A DNA stretch of 63,910 nt, the filler included, from Gonapodya sp. JEL0774 (Eukaryota): assembly GCA_027604505.1 (NCBI GenBank). It is 56 parts of 56 records of this genome, joined end to end, with 100 filler letters (N's around TTAATTAATTAA, not from the genome) between each part and the next. Parts side by side here need not be neighbours in the genome. Positions count along the whole stretch, not along the records: positions 34,393 to 35,434 come from JADIIX010004090.1; positions 35,535 to 36,575 come from JADIIX010004091.1; positions 36,676 to 37,716 come from JADIIX010004092.1; positions 37,817 to 38,857 come from JADIIX010004093.1; positions 38,958 to 39,998 come from JADIIX010004094.1; positions 40,099 to 41,139 come from JADIIX010004095.1; positions 41,240 to 42,280 come from JADIIX010004096.1; positions 42,381 to 43,421 come from JADIIX010004097.1; 48 more parts are not named here. One strand, given 5' to 3'. Positions within the stretch are counted from its first letter, which is position 1, and each line of letters starts with the position of its first letter. The notes under the pieces are model-generated. The model was not told the DNA's origin. It saw only the letters and a program-made list of their open reading frames with translations, and made no database searches. Below are positions 34,293 through 46,941 of the stretch, one piece after another. A program made the translations under genes and the position numbers.

Positions 34293-35535
34293 NNNNNNNN
34301 NNNNNNNNNNNNNNNNNNNNNNNNNNNNNNNNNNNNTTAATTAATTAANNNNNNNNNNNNNNNNNNNNNNNNNNNNNNNNNNNNNNNNNNNNTCCACCGC
34401 TGTCATGGGAGTTGACGGCATGTCGGATGCAGGAAACGGAGGGGATCAGTCAGGTGATTTCCATGATTCCTTCTCCTCTCTTGAAACAGCTCGGTCAAAC
34501 AAGACCGAGACTTGGTCAGACGACACGACCGACAGCACGCGGCCGTGCTCAAGGTCCGAGGGAAGGGAAATTCAAAGCCATTTGCAAGAGCTTGTCGATG
34601 TCTCACTTTAGCACTTGCCTGGCGAGGGTTTTGGTGAGGGTTTTTGGACAGGGCTCTGTTTTTCACCTGAACTCTCCAAGACTGCATTTAAAAGGCTTGC
34701 TTGCTTCAAAGCTTCAAGGATTACTATAAAATACCCACACGCAACTGACATGACTGCACGACTGTCGCACCAACATCGCGAACCATCTACGTTTCTACCG
34801 CACACATAATGTCACCAACCTCTCCACTCCCTCCGCACTCCCGGCTCTACCTACAGCTTGGCAGCCGCACTTTGCCATTCCTCGGTCTTCCCCGCCACCA
34901 CCTCGGACCCGCTCCACCCCAGCCGGGACCTCGCTCCGGATCGGTCCTCCATAAAGTCCGCGACGAGCTCGCCGCATTCACGCGCCCGGGTTTCAAGGTG
35001 AAGGTGGTGCTGATTGGGTAAGAATGGAAAGAGCAACCGAGAAGTGTGTTTGACGGTCATGGAATCAAAGGAATAGTGACGACCGGCTGACGCAAAAGTC
35101 ATTAACACGCGACCCACCGAACCCTCCATGATCACAACACGTGAATTTCCTTCGATAATCTTACGCAGCCTCGACTTTTGTCGTTCGGCGTCATCGTCAG
35201 GCGGGTTGCGGCGGAGAGACCTAATAAAGTACCCGTTCGTTGCCAACACAATCCTGCGAGAAAGAGTGATGAGCCGGTTTGAAGAGTGACAATTCGGTTT
35301 CATACGGTAAAAATACGGGTCGAATACACCGGGACCACTCACAAAGTTGGGCATTTTATACGGCCAAGGAACTGCAGAGAGACCTCTTCCCCGAGACGAA
35401 GTCCACCCGATAGCGTGAGGCTCTATTGATGGCGNNNNNNNNNNNNNNNNNNNNNNNNNNNNNNNNNNNNNNNNNNNNTTAATTAATTAANNNNNNNNNN
35501 NNNNNNNNNNNNNNNNNNNNNNNNNNNNNNNNNNG

Positions 35536-36575
35536 GCAAACTTGAAGATCAAAGCTGCAAAATGCTCCTTTTGCCAAGCTGAGACATCATATCTTGGTCA
35601 TGTCATCACAAATGATGGTAAAATCAAAATGGATTCAAAGAAGATTGACGCAGTGAGGGACTTTCCAATCCCACGAACACTGAAAGAGCTCCAACGATTT
35701 TTGGGCATGACCGGGTACTACAGGCACTTCATACGCAATTATGCGCATCTGGTAGCGCCATTGACTGATCAAACTGTGGAAGGTGCCATAGTTGACTTGA
35801 CTTCTGGTCCAGCGTATGACGCGTTCATGAAGATCAAAGATCGCATGTGTTCTCAACCAGTTTTACAAAGAGTTGACTATAGTCGTCCATTTTATTTACA
35901 AACTGATGCGTCTAAGATAGCTCTTGGTGCTATTCTGAGTCAACGTGATGACAATGGTCATGAATACGTGGTTGGTTATGGGAGTAAGCGTTTGACTCCT
36001 GCCGAGCGCAAATGGGACACAAGAACCCTTGAAGCATTTGCTACAATTTGGGGTTGTGAATATTTCAGGCATTTTCTTGTTGGGGTGCCATTTGAGCTTC
36101 AAACTGATCACGAGTCGCTCAAAATGTTGAAAGATGCAAAGAGCACTGGCAAGATTGCCAGATGGGCTATCCGATTGACAGAATTTGATTTCATTCCTGT
36201 CTACAAACCTGGCAAACGTCATGTCAATGTTGATGCGCTATCACGAATTGAAATTCCTGGTGAAGACATGGAAGTTGATGATACAATTCCTACATATGGT
36301 GATGATAAACCATCGGCTACTGTTGCACCTGTTGAACAGCAACAACGAGTGATGAATTGCTTCATGTTTCGGCCAAGCTTAGCTGTGCCTTTTGACACTA
36401 TGAACGAAGCAAACCAAATGTTGATGAGTGTGATTGAGACTCGCGCTCAATCTAGCACGAAGACTAGCACTGCTGCTACATCTAATGACATGAATGTGGA
36501 AGTCTCTACTGATTTGGCTGAGAATGTTACAACAGCATTTGATGGTATATCATTCAATGATGAAGCATACCGTGC
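35536..36575 (+). mobile_element. Ty3/gypsy pol fragment (RT C-terminus + RNase H), uninterrupted frame
   Basis: KCSF...YLGHVI, LQRFLGMTGYYRHFIRNYA, FYLQTDAS..ALGAILSQ, TDHESL, RWAIRL.EFDF..YKPGK.HVNVDALSR. Confidence 0.95.
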
Positions 36576-36729
36576 NNNNNNNNNNNNNNNNNNNNNNNNN
36601 NNNNNNNNNNNNNNNNNNNTTAATTAATTAANNNNNNNNNNNNNNNNNNNNNNNNNNNNNNNNNNNNNNNNNNNNGTATGAGTCGCAGGATTGAATTCAA
36701 TTGATCACCTTCACTCCTCAAATGATGTT

Positions 36730-37415
36730 ATCTATCCAGACACGCTTGCGAGCCTACCAGCAATCAACAGGTTGAAACTTCCCCTCCCTTCGCTGCTTCT
36801 GTGGCGATCCGACAGACAGTCACCAGTAATCGCGGGAGATGTTACCTTGAACAAGGTTCTTGCAACGTGTACATCAAACACTATTCGAACGGAGACTGGT
36901 GATGAGAGCGAGGGCTTTGAAAGGCTGTCGGAGACCATCGCATCTCTTCTTGCATGGAACCATGCTTCTCGGGTCACTAGTGCGCATTGGGTCGACAAAG
37001 CGCGCGTGTGGGGTTGGGCAGCACGGTGAGTTTGCATTGGTACCTGTCAAATTCAGCAATTATTAACTGTTACATGATGTGTGGCTTGAACTAGCTCGCA
37101 GAATATTGCGGCATATTCTCAAGCGCTCTCGCTCTTCACCTTCGACGAGCTACCCAACGATGTACGTCGTAAAATCCGTGAGAGAAGTAAGTCAATCTTA
37201 ATCAATTTCGAAATGCACAATGTTCATTGGTATATCAATCACTGGCAGATCGACAAGCGGAAGTAGAACCTTGGCCTGAAAGACTTAGATCACGCCGGAA
37301 TGATCACCAAAAAACTCTCTCGGAACTTGGTGCACATCTAATTCATCACGACAAGCGTCGCGGAATATTCGATCTCAAGATGCCTGAGAAAAAGAGGACG
37401 CGGACCAAGCTCTGA
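36730..37415 (+). CDS. Hypothetical protein, spliced 3' fragment
   Basis: Three exon-like frames joined by GT-AG introns, ending MPEKKRTRTKL*. Confidence 0.45.
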
Positions 37416-38099
37416 ATTGATCGACACCGTTCAAATGAGAGAGGTATGTCGTGGTGGCTCAATTTTCTTAACGCTGTTCGAAAAAGGTCCAGTCTCTGAG
37501 GAGAATCAACTGATACTTCTGCGTGTTTCAGCTTCCACTGGCCGCTTCATCACCTGCTCGTATGCCCCTTGTGCAACATCCCTGTCGTCAACCGGCCTAA
37601 TCATCGGCGTTTTTAATATGTCTTGCACCCTTTTCTGTCTTTCTTTTTTTGGTTTGCTATTTTGAAACACGTGTCAGAAGAAGCGCACGCACGGATTGTG
37701 CGTCTTGTGTTCCAGCNNNNNNNNNNNNNNNNNNNNNNNNNNNNNNNNNNNNNNNNNNNNTTAATTAATTAANNNNNNNNNNNNNNNNNNNNNNNNNNNN
37801 NNNNNNNNNNNNNNNNGCCATGGCTGACGAAGTTTTATCTCCGCGTTTGCGATTGTACATAGTATGCTATTAGTTTACAGCCGTGAGCCAAGCTGCATTC
37901 GTTATCAAAATTTCTTTCTTTTTTTGCATATGGAAGTTCGAGATAAATAGTGGGAGAGTGTTAAATGTTCTTCCTACAGCCAAATCAACAACTGACTAAA
38001 TTTACATGTTGTCTCTTTTGGAAGTGGTGTAAAGGTGGAAACTGACAGTGCTGATAGTCTATGAATACGAATAGTTTGGGTATCCCGAAATCGCGACCG

Positions 38100-38857
38100 A
38101 TTATGTACAAATCCGTGACTGAGGGTCGTTTCAGCGAACTTCACGAATGCCCACACGTTCTGCTAAGCCTTTGAGGGTCATGTAGTATCTATAGTGCAGA
38201 AGCAAATTGCTGTGCTATCTCGCCCGCAGTTTAGCAGACAACCTAGTGAACTCACCGCTCCGCCGTGGTCCACGACCGCATCAATCTAGAAAGAGCCACA
38301 AGAAGCAGATTCACACCAGCCCACGATCTACTCCGAATGACACCAGAAACTGCGGGGTCCATGTTTTGCAAAGGATCCTTCAGCGCATTGACAACGTGTA
38401 CCATCCTGCCCAAACGAAGGTAAGCTTATGATGAAGTTAGAATATACGAACTCCGCCATCCCTCACCCGGCCTCTATTGGAAGGTTCGGTGATATTAAGG
38501 GAAGCGTGGCGAGAAAACACGTGGGAAAGTGTGTGAATACACTCACCAAACAAAATGAACGCCACAAAAAAGTGCTGAAACTCAAAGTTGGAGTCAATGC
38601 TGAAGGTCTTCGAACACAGCTCCGTTATCTGTGCCACGGGGTGCATCAAATAAGTATGTTAAAGATCAATGGCCCATCTGAAAGCTTCCCACTTTGTCAG
38701 CTGCGTTTGTGCAAACACGCCATATCTCTTCAGAAGGCCACGCAAAAGTATCGAGGTTCATTTCTGGTCGATGAAGCAAAATCACACACAGGTTGTAGAG
38801 CATGTGCAAGTATATGGAGACAATGTAGTACGTCAGGTCTGCATCTCGCAGAATTGC
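38100..38857 (-). CDS. Fungal-specific (Zn2Cys6-type) transcription factor, middle homology/C-terminal region
   Basis: YLHMLYNLCVILLHRP...VCTNAADK|ITEL...FFVAFILF...ALSRLMRSWTTA; 3' boundary approximate. Confidence 0.7.
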
Positions 38858-38957
38858 NNNNNNNNNNNNNNNNNNNNNNNNNNNNNNNNNNNNNNNNNNN
38901 NTTAATTAATTAANNNNNNNNNNNNNNNNNNNNNNNNNNNNNNNNNNNNNNNNNNNN

Positions 38958-39998
38958 TCGTTCACACCGTCATCTCGATGCTGTGGAAGGCGAACGACGC
39001 CACGCCTCTTTACCAGCTCATGTGGACTCTCCCATCCAACACTGCGTGGGGGAAAGAGAGGTACCGGTACCTCACAGGATGGGCAGCTATGTTCTTCTTG
39101 ACCGTGATTGTAATCACGTCCTTCCCGTGGGTGCGGAGACGAATGTACAACACCTTCATTTGGAGCCACTTGTCTGCGGTTGGCTTCATTGCATTCGCGT
39201 ACTTCCACATCTCGATGGACATATACTATGCAATCCCTGGTATGAGGAATTTTGAATCTCGCACTCCATCAGGCATCTGACCAGTTGCAACTGCTTCGTT
39301 CCCAGCTCTCCTTCTCTATGGCATTGATCTCGCTCTCCGCTTTGCCGCGTGGTTCACCCATGTCCCGGTCGCTTCCGTGTCTCACGAACAATCTGGCTAT
39401 AAAGTGGTCACTGTTCCTTGCTCGAAGCAAATTCTACCTGGCCAATTCATGCGTGTTATTGTGCCTGACGCGTCCCGATGGGAGGCGCACCCGTGGAGTG
39501 TCTCCAGTACAAACGGCGGAGTAGTCAAATTTCTGGTCGGGCCGGTCAAGAGATCAAACGAGTGGACACAGAAGGTTTTTAAACTCTTCGAGGACTCTAA
39601 GGGTGGGCCAAGCGTACAAGGTACGATGACTGTTGGCTATTCTCCCGTTTTGCTTGGACCACTACCGTTTCATCACCGATTAAACTTCATGTACTCCACG
39701 TTCCAGTCGCTCTCCAAGGCCCCTTTGGTAATCCTGTCATCTTTGCCACCGACGATTCACGTCACGACGCTTACGTCTTCCTCGTTGCCGGATCCGGGAT
39801 CGCTCCTGCCATAGCGTCCATTGAGTACCTCCTCAACAGGTTCTCCGACGACGGATCCCTCAAATCTGCCCACGGCAAGATCCACCTTGTGTGGTCCACT
39901 GCTCGCCCCGGTGCAGAAAATTTGACTTCGATCGCCCACTGGATGGAGAAGGACTCGCCAGTTTCCATCACTGTCCATGACACTGGCGTGGACCGAAT
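38958..39998 (+). CDS. Ferric/cupric reductase (FRE/NOX family), internal fragment
   Basis: ITSFPWVRRRMYNTFIWSH...YFH (heme His); PGQF; EAHPWSV; QGPFG; VAGSGIAP; HLVWS. Confidence 0.92.
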
Positions 39999-40793
39999 NN
40001 NNNNNNNNNNNNNNNNNNNNNNNNNNNNNNNNNNNNNNNNNNTTAATTAATTAANNNNNNNNNNNNNNNNNNNNNNNNNNNNNNNNNNNNNNNNNNNNGG
40101 CGGGACGAGTGGGCGGCCCTCATCGATCGTCCGACAGGCCACGAACAGGAACACCGGTGCGCGGCGATTTTTTCGCGGCCGTTTGGGGTTTCATAATTAT
40201 TATTTTTTTGTTTTGTTCGCTTCGAAAAAGCCGTAGACCTTTTGACGTTACAATGCACGATGTGGTGGACGCGACAGGAGTTGGGAATCGATTTGGAGCG
40301 AGGGGAAGGTCTGTTCAGTCGGGGGACCTACGCCTGAGCAGTGAAGGAATGAAATTTAATTCGATGGAAAGACGCACATGGGGCACGACTGAAGTAAATG
40401 GGATTCATCAGGGACGCGTCGCCTCAGTACACTGAAACAACCGACCCACGCGGGTTGCTGGTGGTAGTATGTATGAGCCAAGAATGACGAGTGCAGCTGA
40501 GGAGTGACCTTTCCCGCCCAACACATCTATTTCTATGTTAAGCATCCAGATTCGATGATATTCAACTTACGAGCACAAAGGAAGGTGCTGATTACTTTGG
40601 AGTCCCGCCGCCCGCGAGACACCCAGTGGGTCCTGTGACCAGACGTCGAGACCACCAACCACCAACCACTCCACGTGGGCTCACCATCCAAACGAGCAGT
40701 CAAACGGGAGAACCCCCTTTTCGAGGCCTCATCCCCACGTTTGTGTCATTTCGTCTCGGCTGAGAGTCTGGGGCCGGCGGTGCGGCTGGGTGC

Positions 40794-40920
40794 GATCACG
40801 GGATCACGGGATCACGGGGGGTAGGATCCGTTTCATTTCGGGTCGTGGCGGACACTGAGTGCGGACACAAGTGGGTTTCTGGAAGTTGGCAGTAGGCACT
40901 TGGCAGTTGGCACTTGGCAC
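40794..40920. repeat. Short tandem repeats in non-coding DNA: (GATCACGG)x3 and (TTGGCAS-like)x5
   Basis: Arrays at 40794-40817 and 40886-40920. Confidence 0.85.
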
Positions 40921-41239
40921 TTTTCCGAGTACATATGTAGAACCACACGTGTGATGGTTTTCCCTGGCCGGCGGCACGGGGCCGAAAAGGAGTCACCCCC
41001 CATTACATACGACTCGACTCGCCCGTCGCCCGTTTCATTCATTGGCCGGGTATGAACAGTGGCCAGAGGTGTGTGCAAACGTACATTATGTGCCAGCCGC
41101 GTCCGCACATTTTCATTTTGGGTGTTTTTTCCTTCCTCANNNNNNNNNNNNNNNNNNNNNNNNNNNNNNNNNNNNNNNNNNNNTTAATTAATTAANNNNN
41201 NNNNNNNNNNNNNNNNNNNNNNNNNNNNNNNNNNNNNNN

Positions 41240-42280
41240 AGGAGGTGGAGGGGGGAAGGCGGGGGTGGGGGTGGTGGTGACGGCGGTGCCGGCGCCGACA
41301 CGGCCGAGCCCGCCGCCGCCACCGACCTTTCCGCCGCCGCCGCCGTGCCAGGCCCCGCACCCGCACCCGCCCACCGCGCAAAGAAGACCCCTGAGGACGC
41401 GGACACCAAGATCTTTGTAGTTCTATCCGTAAGTTGCGTAGCCCACCTCCCATATCCCACACTCTCGCCCCCCCCCCCACCCCCACCCCCCGTCCGACTC
41501 CCAGCACCACCCCCTCTCCCTCCTCTACACCGCATACTCCTCCGCTTTGGTCCCGCCGCTGCCGGCTTCCTCGATTGTGCTGGCCACCCGGACGGGCACG
41601 AGATGTAGCGGGGCGGTGGGGGTGGGCAGGTTCGTGGACGTGGACGGCGCCGGTGGGGAGAAGGGGAAGGGGGGGATGAAGAAGGTGGTTTTGAGTAAGT
41701 GTGGGATGGGGGGTGAGGGGGGGAGGGAGTGGAGTGGCAAGGAGCTCACACCACACCGCACACCCCCGCCACACGTGACAGCGGCCTTCACGGTTCAAGA
41801 ATACACAGCGTACCAGGCCCGCATGGCGGCGAGGACGGCTGCGTTGATTGTGCCGACCGGTGGTGGTGGCGGGGGCGCGGGTGGAGGAGGAGGTGGTGGT
41901 GGTGGCGGGTGGGACGAGGATCGGGAGGGGAAGGGGGGTGAGGGAGACAGGGAGGGGGGCGCGGGGACCGGAAACGACAAGGACAAGAGGGACACGATCA
42001 CGGTCCGCGTGCAGGGGCGGTGCGAGCAGAGTCATTGGAGCGTGAGGGTGGTCAAGGTACGCCAGTCTTTGGTGCGTTGCTTTGGTGCCCTTCGTTCCCT
42101 AGCGTGACCCTCCCCATCTTCTCTCTCCCCTCTTCCCGCCCCCTGCACCCCCCACCCCCAAAAGTCCGTCCCCCTCTCCAAATTCCTCCCCCGCTACATC
42201 TCGGCACGCTCGGTTCCTCCCGACGTGGCGGCCCGGCTGCGCTTTTCTGTGGACGGGGAGCGGCTGGAAGCGAAAAAGAC
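41240..42280 (+). CDS. Rad60/Esc2/NIP45-like SUMO-like-domain protein (spliced fragment)
   Basis: TITVRVQGR...VRVVK|SVPLSKFLPRYI...RLRFSVDGERLE resembles the C-terminal SUMO-like domain; an upstream degenerate ubiquitin-like segment is present. Confidence 0.6.
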
Positions 42281-42380
42281 NNNNNNNNNNNNNNNNNNNN
42301 NNNNNNNNNNNNNNNNNNNNNNNNTTAATTAATTAANNNNNNNNNNNNNNNNNNNNNNNNNNNNNNNNNNNNNNNNNNNN

Positions 42381-42931
42381 GATTTTTTGGCTTCCTTTTC
42401 CAGCGCTAGAAACCGACAACTCTCAGTTATTAATCTTCAAACCCACATTGGATCACGTGCAGCTTGCCTTTCAATTTGAGAATAGCTTCCACTCGAACAA
42501 TTGAGAGGGAGAACTTCACTCCAAGTTTCCGAGGCGACCAATCTTGTGGATTGGACTCATACAGCTGAAAAATCTCTTCGCGAACTGCATTAGAGACTGG
42601 AGGTACTGCAACAAAGAAGGGGTTCAGAGGAAACGGCTCCAATAAATCGAATCCAAAGTGTACAGAATTAGACTCAGGAGACACGAGGAAGCTTGATTGA
42701 ACTCACTTGAATAGGATTCCCCGTCACAAATGATCCCGATGTACGCAAGTCACGATATTGACGAGTAGTTCTATCGATTTCCGCTTCCAGCAACGAACTG
42801 CTGCCACTATCTAAAGTTGAGAGGTGAGATTTGGCGATCAAAGTCAAGGGGACTGTAGCTTCAAGTCGGCGTTGAACTATTGGAAAGATCTTCCGCTGCA
42901 GAGGTTTCGTCGCAGTTTTCGCAAAGTTCAT
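42381..42931 (-). CDS. Mitochondrial small-subunit ribosomal protein mS45 (Bot1/Mrps35-like), 5' fragment
   Basis: Presequence-like N-terminus; PFPLNPFF...PPVSNAVREEIF...RKLGVKFSLSIVRVEAILKLK|ALEK. Confidence 0.8.
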
Positions 42932-43124
42932 TGATGGAGTTGGGTTCTCGATTGCCGTGTGGACCACACCACAGTTCCTTCCCCCCACAGCCACAGGAAA
43001 ACTTCTGAAACGGATTGGAGCAGCATATTCTCTGTAGTGATGTGCATTAGCTATTGAAATGAGCTCAAAAATTTCCCCATTGAATTGCCGCTCTAAGTGC
43101 TAATGTACAATTGTTCTCATAATT

Positions 43125-43421
43125 CAGGTCCCCCGAATGTCTGAGTCCCATCTCTCTGGCAGCTCTCAGCTATCAGGGATGGGTGGTGCCTCTGGGACCT
43201 TGCTGACCATTCCTGGGGGACTCAGTCTGGCCAAGACTACAGAACAACCCTCACATGACAAGTGGTGGCCCTTGCAACAGAACTTCATTCCAGATATCAC
43301 TCCAAAAGGGGGGGGCATTACTACAACAGTAAGCTGGTGTTGTGGTATTGACACCTTGCACATGACCACAGCCTCCACATGTATGTAAGGCACATCCAGC
43401 TACACACAATAAGATCACACT
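43125..43421 (+). mobile_element. CpG-depleted LTR-retrotransposon relic (PPT-like AAAAGGGGGGGG)
   Basis: About one CpG in ~300 bp of roughly 50% GC DNA; polypurine tract at ~43304-43315. Confidence 0.45.
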
Positions 43422-44369
43422 NNNNNNNNNNNNNNNNNNNNNNNNNNNNNNNNNNNNNNNNNNNNTTAATTAATTAANNNNNNNNNNNNNNNNNNNNNNN
43501 NNNNNNNNNNNNNNNNNNNNNGAACAACGCGGCCGACGTGGAAGTCAGCACTTGATGATAGACCATATCACCATGTACCGCAACAAAAAACGAAAACAGT
43601 TCCGACTTCATTCGTGAAGGATCTACGCCGAGTGACTAGCATACATCGTTCATGTGTCCCAGTGTGCGGGCATGACGGCAGAGGGGCATGGTGAGGTGAC
43701 ACTCGGCCTCACAATGGCAGCGATGGCTGGCATCAGTCATTGTAGAGGCCCGTTTCCTGTTAGCAAATATTACTTTGGCATCCCATCTTGTGCTCCTTCC
43801 CCTTTGACTCTTTCTCGAAGCGATCTCCACAGAACGTTACTGTCGTCGCAACCCTCACCTCGTCGCTACCTGTCCAATATGTCACTGCCACTCAGCTGTT
43901 TTGTTCTCTTGTGGGTGACCTTGGCGATATGAGGGGTGCCCCGAGAACTTTGGCGAATAGTACTTGGAACAAGGCTGACACACGGCAAAATTCAGATTTT
44001 GACAAGCATCCACAACTCAGCATGACATCACCAAAAGCATTTCACAATGCACGAAAGCGTCTGCAGAAGAATACTACTCGCGAGGAGAATCCGAAACACT
44101 GTTGCATACTCGGTGCTCGCCTCGTAAAGGGAAAAATGTGAATACTAAGAGCTCCACCTAGTGACCCAGCGGCGGGGATGACGTTCCCCTTGGGCAAGGT
44201 CTGCAACAACTCTTCGTGTGACATATAGACTTCTGCTAGGAACCAACGGAACAGTAACTCGGACATTGTTGGTTTGGTCCGACTTCACGGTGCGATGATC
44301 GGTCCAGAAAACTGGAGCTGCCAACTTAACGATACTTGTTGGATATCGCAGCGTAGCGACTAGGGGATC

Positions 44370-44561
44370 TGTGGACGGTAACTGATCCACTTGTTACCCG
44401 CACCGCACGCGCAGCAGTGCGCAGTGAGCTGAGTGCGCAGTATGGGAGCGAGTAAGCAGTATATAAGCAGAGAAAAACTACATTGTATTTGGAAGTGTAG
44501 TAGCATTACATCTAAGTACGGAGGGAACCTCTGACCCTGCCCCGTCCTGTCCATCCACCGA
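44370..44561 (+). mobile_element. LTR-like segment
   Basis: Follows AGGGGATC; starts TGTGGACGG with an imperfect inverted match CCATCCAC near the contig end; shares a motif with 7867-7913. Confidence 0.45.
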
Positions 44562-44671
44562 NNNNNNNNNNNNNNNNNNNNNNNNNNNNNNNNNNNNNNN
44601 NNNNNTTAATTAATTAANNNNNNNNNNNNNNNNNNNNNNNNNNNNNNNNNNNNNNNNNNNNTCGTTTTCAG

Positions 44672-45094
44672 GTTCGCGACCCCGTCACCCGCCAAGTCGG
44701 TCTCTTTTTCCAGGTCCAGTACCCTGAAATTGGCGAATCTGTCAAACCTCGCCACCGCTTTATGAACGCCTTCGAGCAGCACCAAGAAGCTCCCAACCGA
44801 GGGATTCAATACCTTGTGTTTGCAGCCGACCCTTACGAAAACGTCGCCTTCCGCATCCAAACCAAGGAGATCGACCACAGCGAGGGCAGGTTCTGGACCC
44901 ACTGGGATCCCGATGGCAAAAGCTACTCCTTGCAGTTTTTTTTCAGGAACGAGAGGCCTGTGGGATATCTCGGTGGTGGTGGCGGGGCTCCTTCCGCGGG
45001 AAGCATTGTCCCCTCGAATGCAGCTAACCCGCTGAACCCCTATGCAACTGGTGCGCCGCCGCCAGGGCCAGGGCCGGTTGCGTACGCACGATAG
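44672..45094 (+). CDS. SF3A2: Splicing factor 3A subunit 2 (Prp11/SAP62), last exon
   Basis: VRDPVTRQVGLFFQVQYPEI...PRHRFMNAFEQ..EAP....QYLVFAADPYENVAFRI...FWTHWDPD...LQFFF. Confidence 0.95.
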   Translation, partial: VRDPVTRQVGLFFQVQYPEIGESVKPRHRFMNAFEQHQEAPNRGIQYLVFAADPYENVAFRIQTKEIDHSEGRFWTHWDPDGKSYSLQFFFRNERPVGYLGGGGGAPSAGSIVPSNAANPLNPYATGAPPPGPGPVAYAR

Positions 45095-45381
45095 AAAACT
45101 GTTGTTCGTTGTCCTCTGCGCCCATTGGACTTGTGTTTGTTAATAGGGTGCCAGTTGAATTGCAGTAATTCCATTTAATTTACAACAAAAACGTTTACAT
45201 CTCGCACACACTAGAGGACCAACCGCTGTCTTTGATCAAGAGGAAAATAGTGTGTTTGTCAAACATTTACAGTAAAGTTTTTCTCTCAAATGTAGCAGCT
45301 GACCAGACGTTCATCCATGCCTATCCCAGAACAAGGGTGAGAAGCTGGAAGAGAACCATTAACGATTGCAACACACTTTGT

Positions 45382-45699
45382 CTACTGCTCATACTCTGGT
45401 GCGGAGACTTCTGAATAACCAGGTGCCGGCCGATCCACATATGGTGCGCCGACGGCAGCACTGGAGGAGGAAGCTGATCCTCCTGGAGCGCCATCCGCTG
45501 CAAATCCATTATGGCCACCGAAGGCAATCTCTTCAGCACCCGGGGAGTAGGAGTACGCTGGTGGCAGATCGTCGATAGTAGATCCCGCGTTCTGTGTTTG
45601 TCGGATGAAATGGTCTCGCACCAGTTCGTACAAGTCAGGCTGAGGCTGAGCTTTCCGCTTCCCAAAGAGTCCACCTAGTGAGGAAGACGTTGCTCTAGC
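45382..45699 (-). CDS. Hypothetical protein C-terminus with a PY motif (LPPAYS)
   Basis: Open from the contig edge to its stop; convergent with SF3A2. Confidence 0.5.
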   Translation of the reverse strand, partial: ARATSSSLGGLFGKRKAQPQPDLYELVRDHFIRQTQNAGSTIDDLPPAYSYSPGAEEIAFGGHNGFAADGAPGGSASSSSAAVGAPYVDRPAPGYSEVSAPEYEQ

Positions 45700-46011
45700 T
45701 TNNNNNNNNNNNNNNNNNNNNNNNNNNNNNNNNNNNNNNNNNNNNTTAATTAATTAANNNNNNNNNNNNNNNNNNNNNNNNNNNNNNNNNNNNNNNNNNN
45801 NAACATTCGCATCACTAGACTGGAGCTTAAATTTGGGGACTACGCTGCAAATCTCACCTATTCTCAAGATGGGGTCTCTATCTTACTGGCATCGATTTAA
45901 ACCGAGAAACATCACACTCCCATGCTGATCACTTATATCACGTTCACTTGTTATATGCATACCGGTACAGCATTTCTCCTAATCATGTATGAACGCAAAT
46001 TTATGTTTGAT

Positions 46012-46841
46012 TCACATTGCAGATGGTCTGCGTCCTTGATCCTTCGCCTTCAAAATTGCATCGGCTGCAACGATCTGGAGTCTTGACGCGATTTTTTGAG
46101 TCTGAGCCTTAGATACCGTGAGAGAAGCAAATGAGTCTTGCAAAGACACGAAGAGATATAAATCGGTAAACCAAAGTTTTACCTCGAGTCCATCTTCAAA
46201 GGCACGCGCAACCTGCGAAAGCATGCTTTGAATAGTTTCCATCAAAATTTCATTTATCTCTGCGGGGCTGAGTTCTTCCAGGGGATCAACGGCTGTGGTC
46301 GCGCAGGTCAGCGTTTGTCCTTTGTAAGCACACACGGAAATAGCTCCATGCAGTAAAACTCACGCATCAAGGCTTCGCGACGTTTTTGCTCCATTTCTGC
46401 TTCCAATAGCTTCTAATTGGAGTGAAATATACAGGAACTCCAATTAATCTGCACCACTCTTTCAGTCATTTGAGCTGCTCACTCTTTCCTCCTCTGAGAT
46501 CCTGAGCTGCTCGGCCTCCCAGGCTTGTAGGGTAATTGCTTGTGTCAACGACGGTAGAGCTGGGAGCGTTTCAATGAGATTTCGTATCCGATCTTGACCT
46601 TGCTCCTGGTCCGAATTGTAGACTACATGGTGGAGGCGATAGTGCTGGAAGAGTCTATATCAAGCAATCTGTTAGTTTACGGTTGACTTACGGTGGCAAA
46701 CAAGACTAGGTGTGTAGTCTGCAACAATACGAACCCGGTCAACAGATAGTCTGTGATAAGTCGCATCTCATTCTCGCCAAAAACGCTCCACTCAGGTCCT
46801 ACAGCCGCAGATGTGTTACCTACCGAAACTGTTGGAGCGGT
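46012..46841 (-). CDS. C8orf74/CLAMP-family (ciliary) protein, spliced 3' fragment
   Basis: LFQHYRLHHVVY..DQE...LPSLTQAITLQAWEAEQ...LSPAEINEILMETIQ...DSFASL resembles the C8orf74 C-terminal half. Confidence 0.55.
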
Positions 46842-46941
46842 NNNNNNNNNNNNNNNNNNNNNNNNNNNNNNNNNNNNNNNNNNNNTTAATTAATTAANNN
46901 NNNNNNNNNNNNNNNNNNNNNNNNNNNNNNNNNNNNNNNNN

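Noticed and set aside
41240..41960. G-quadruplex-like G/C tracts
   Set aside because: Explained by Gly/Pro low-complexity coding and G- or C-rich introns
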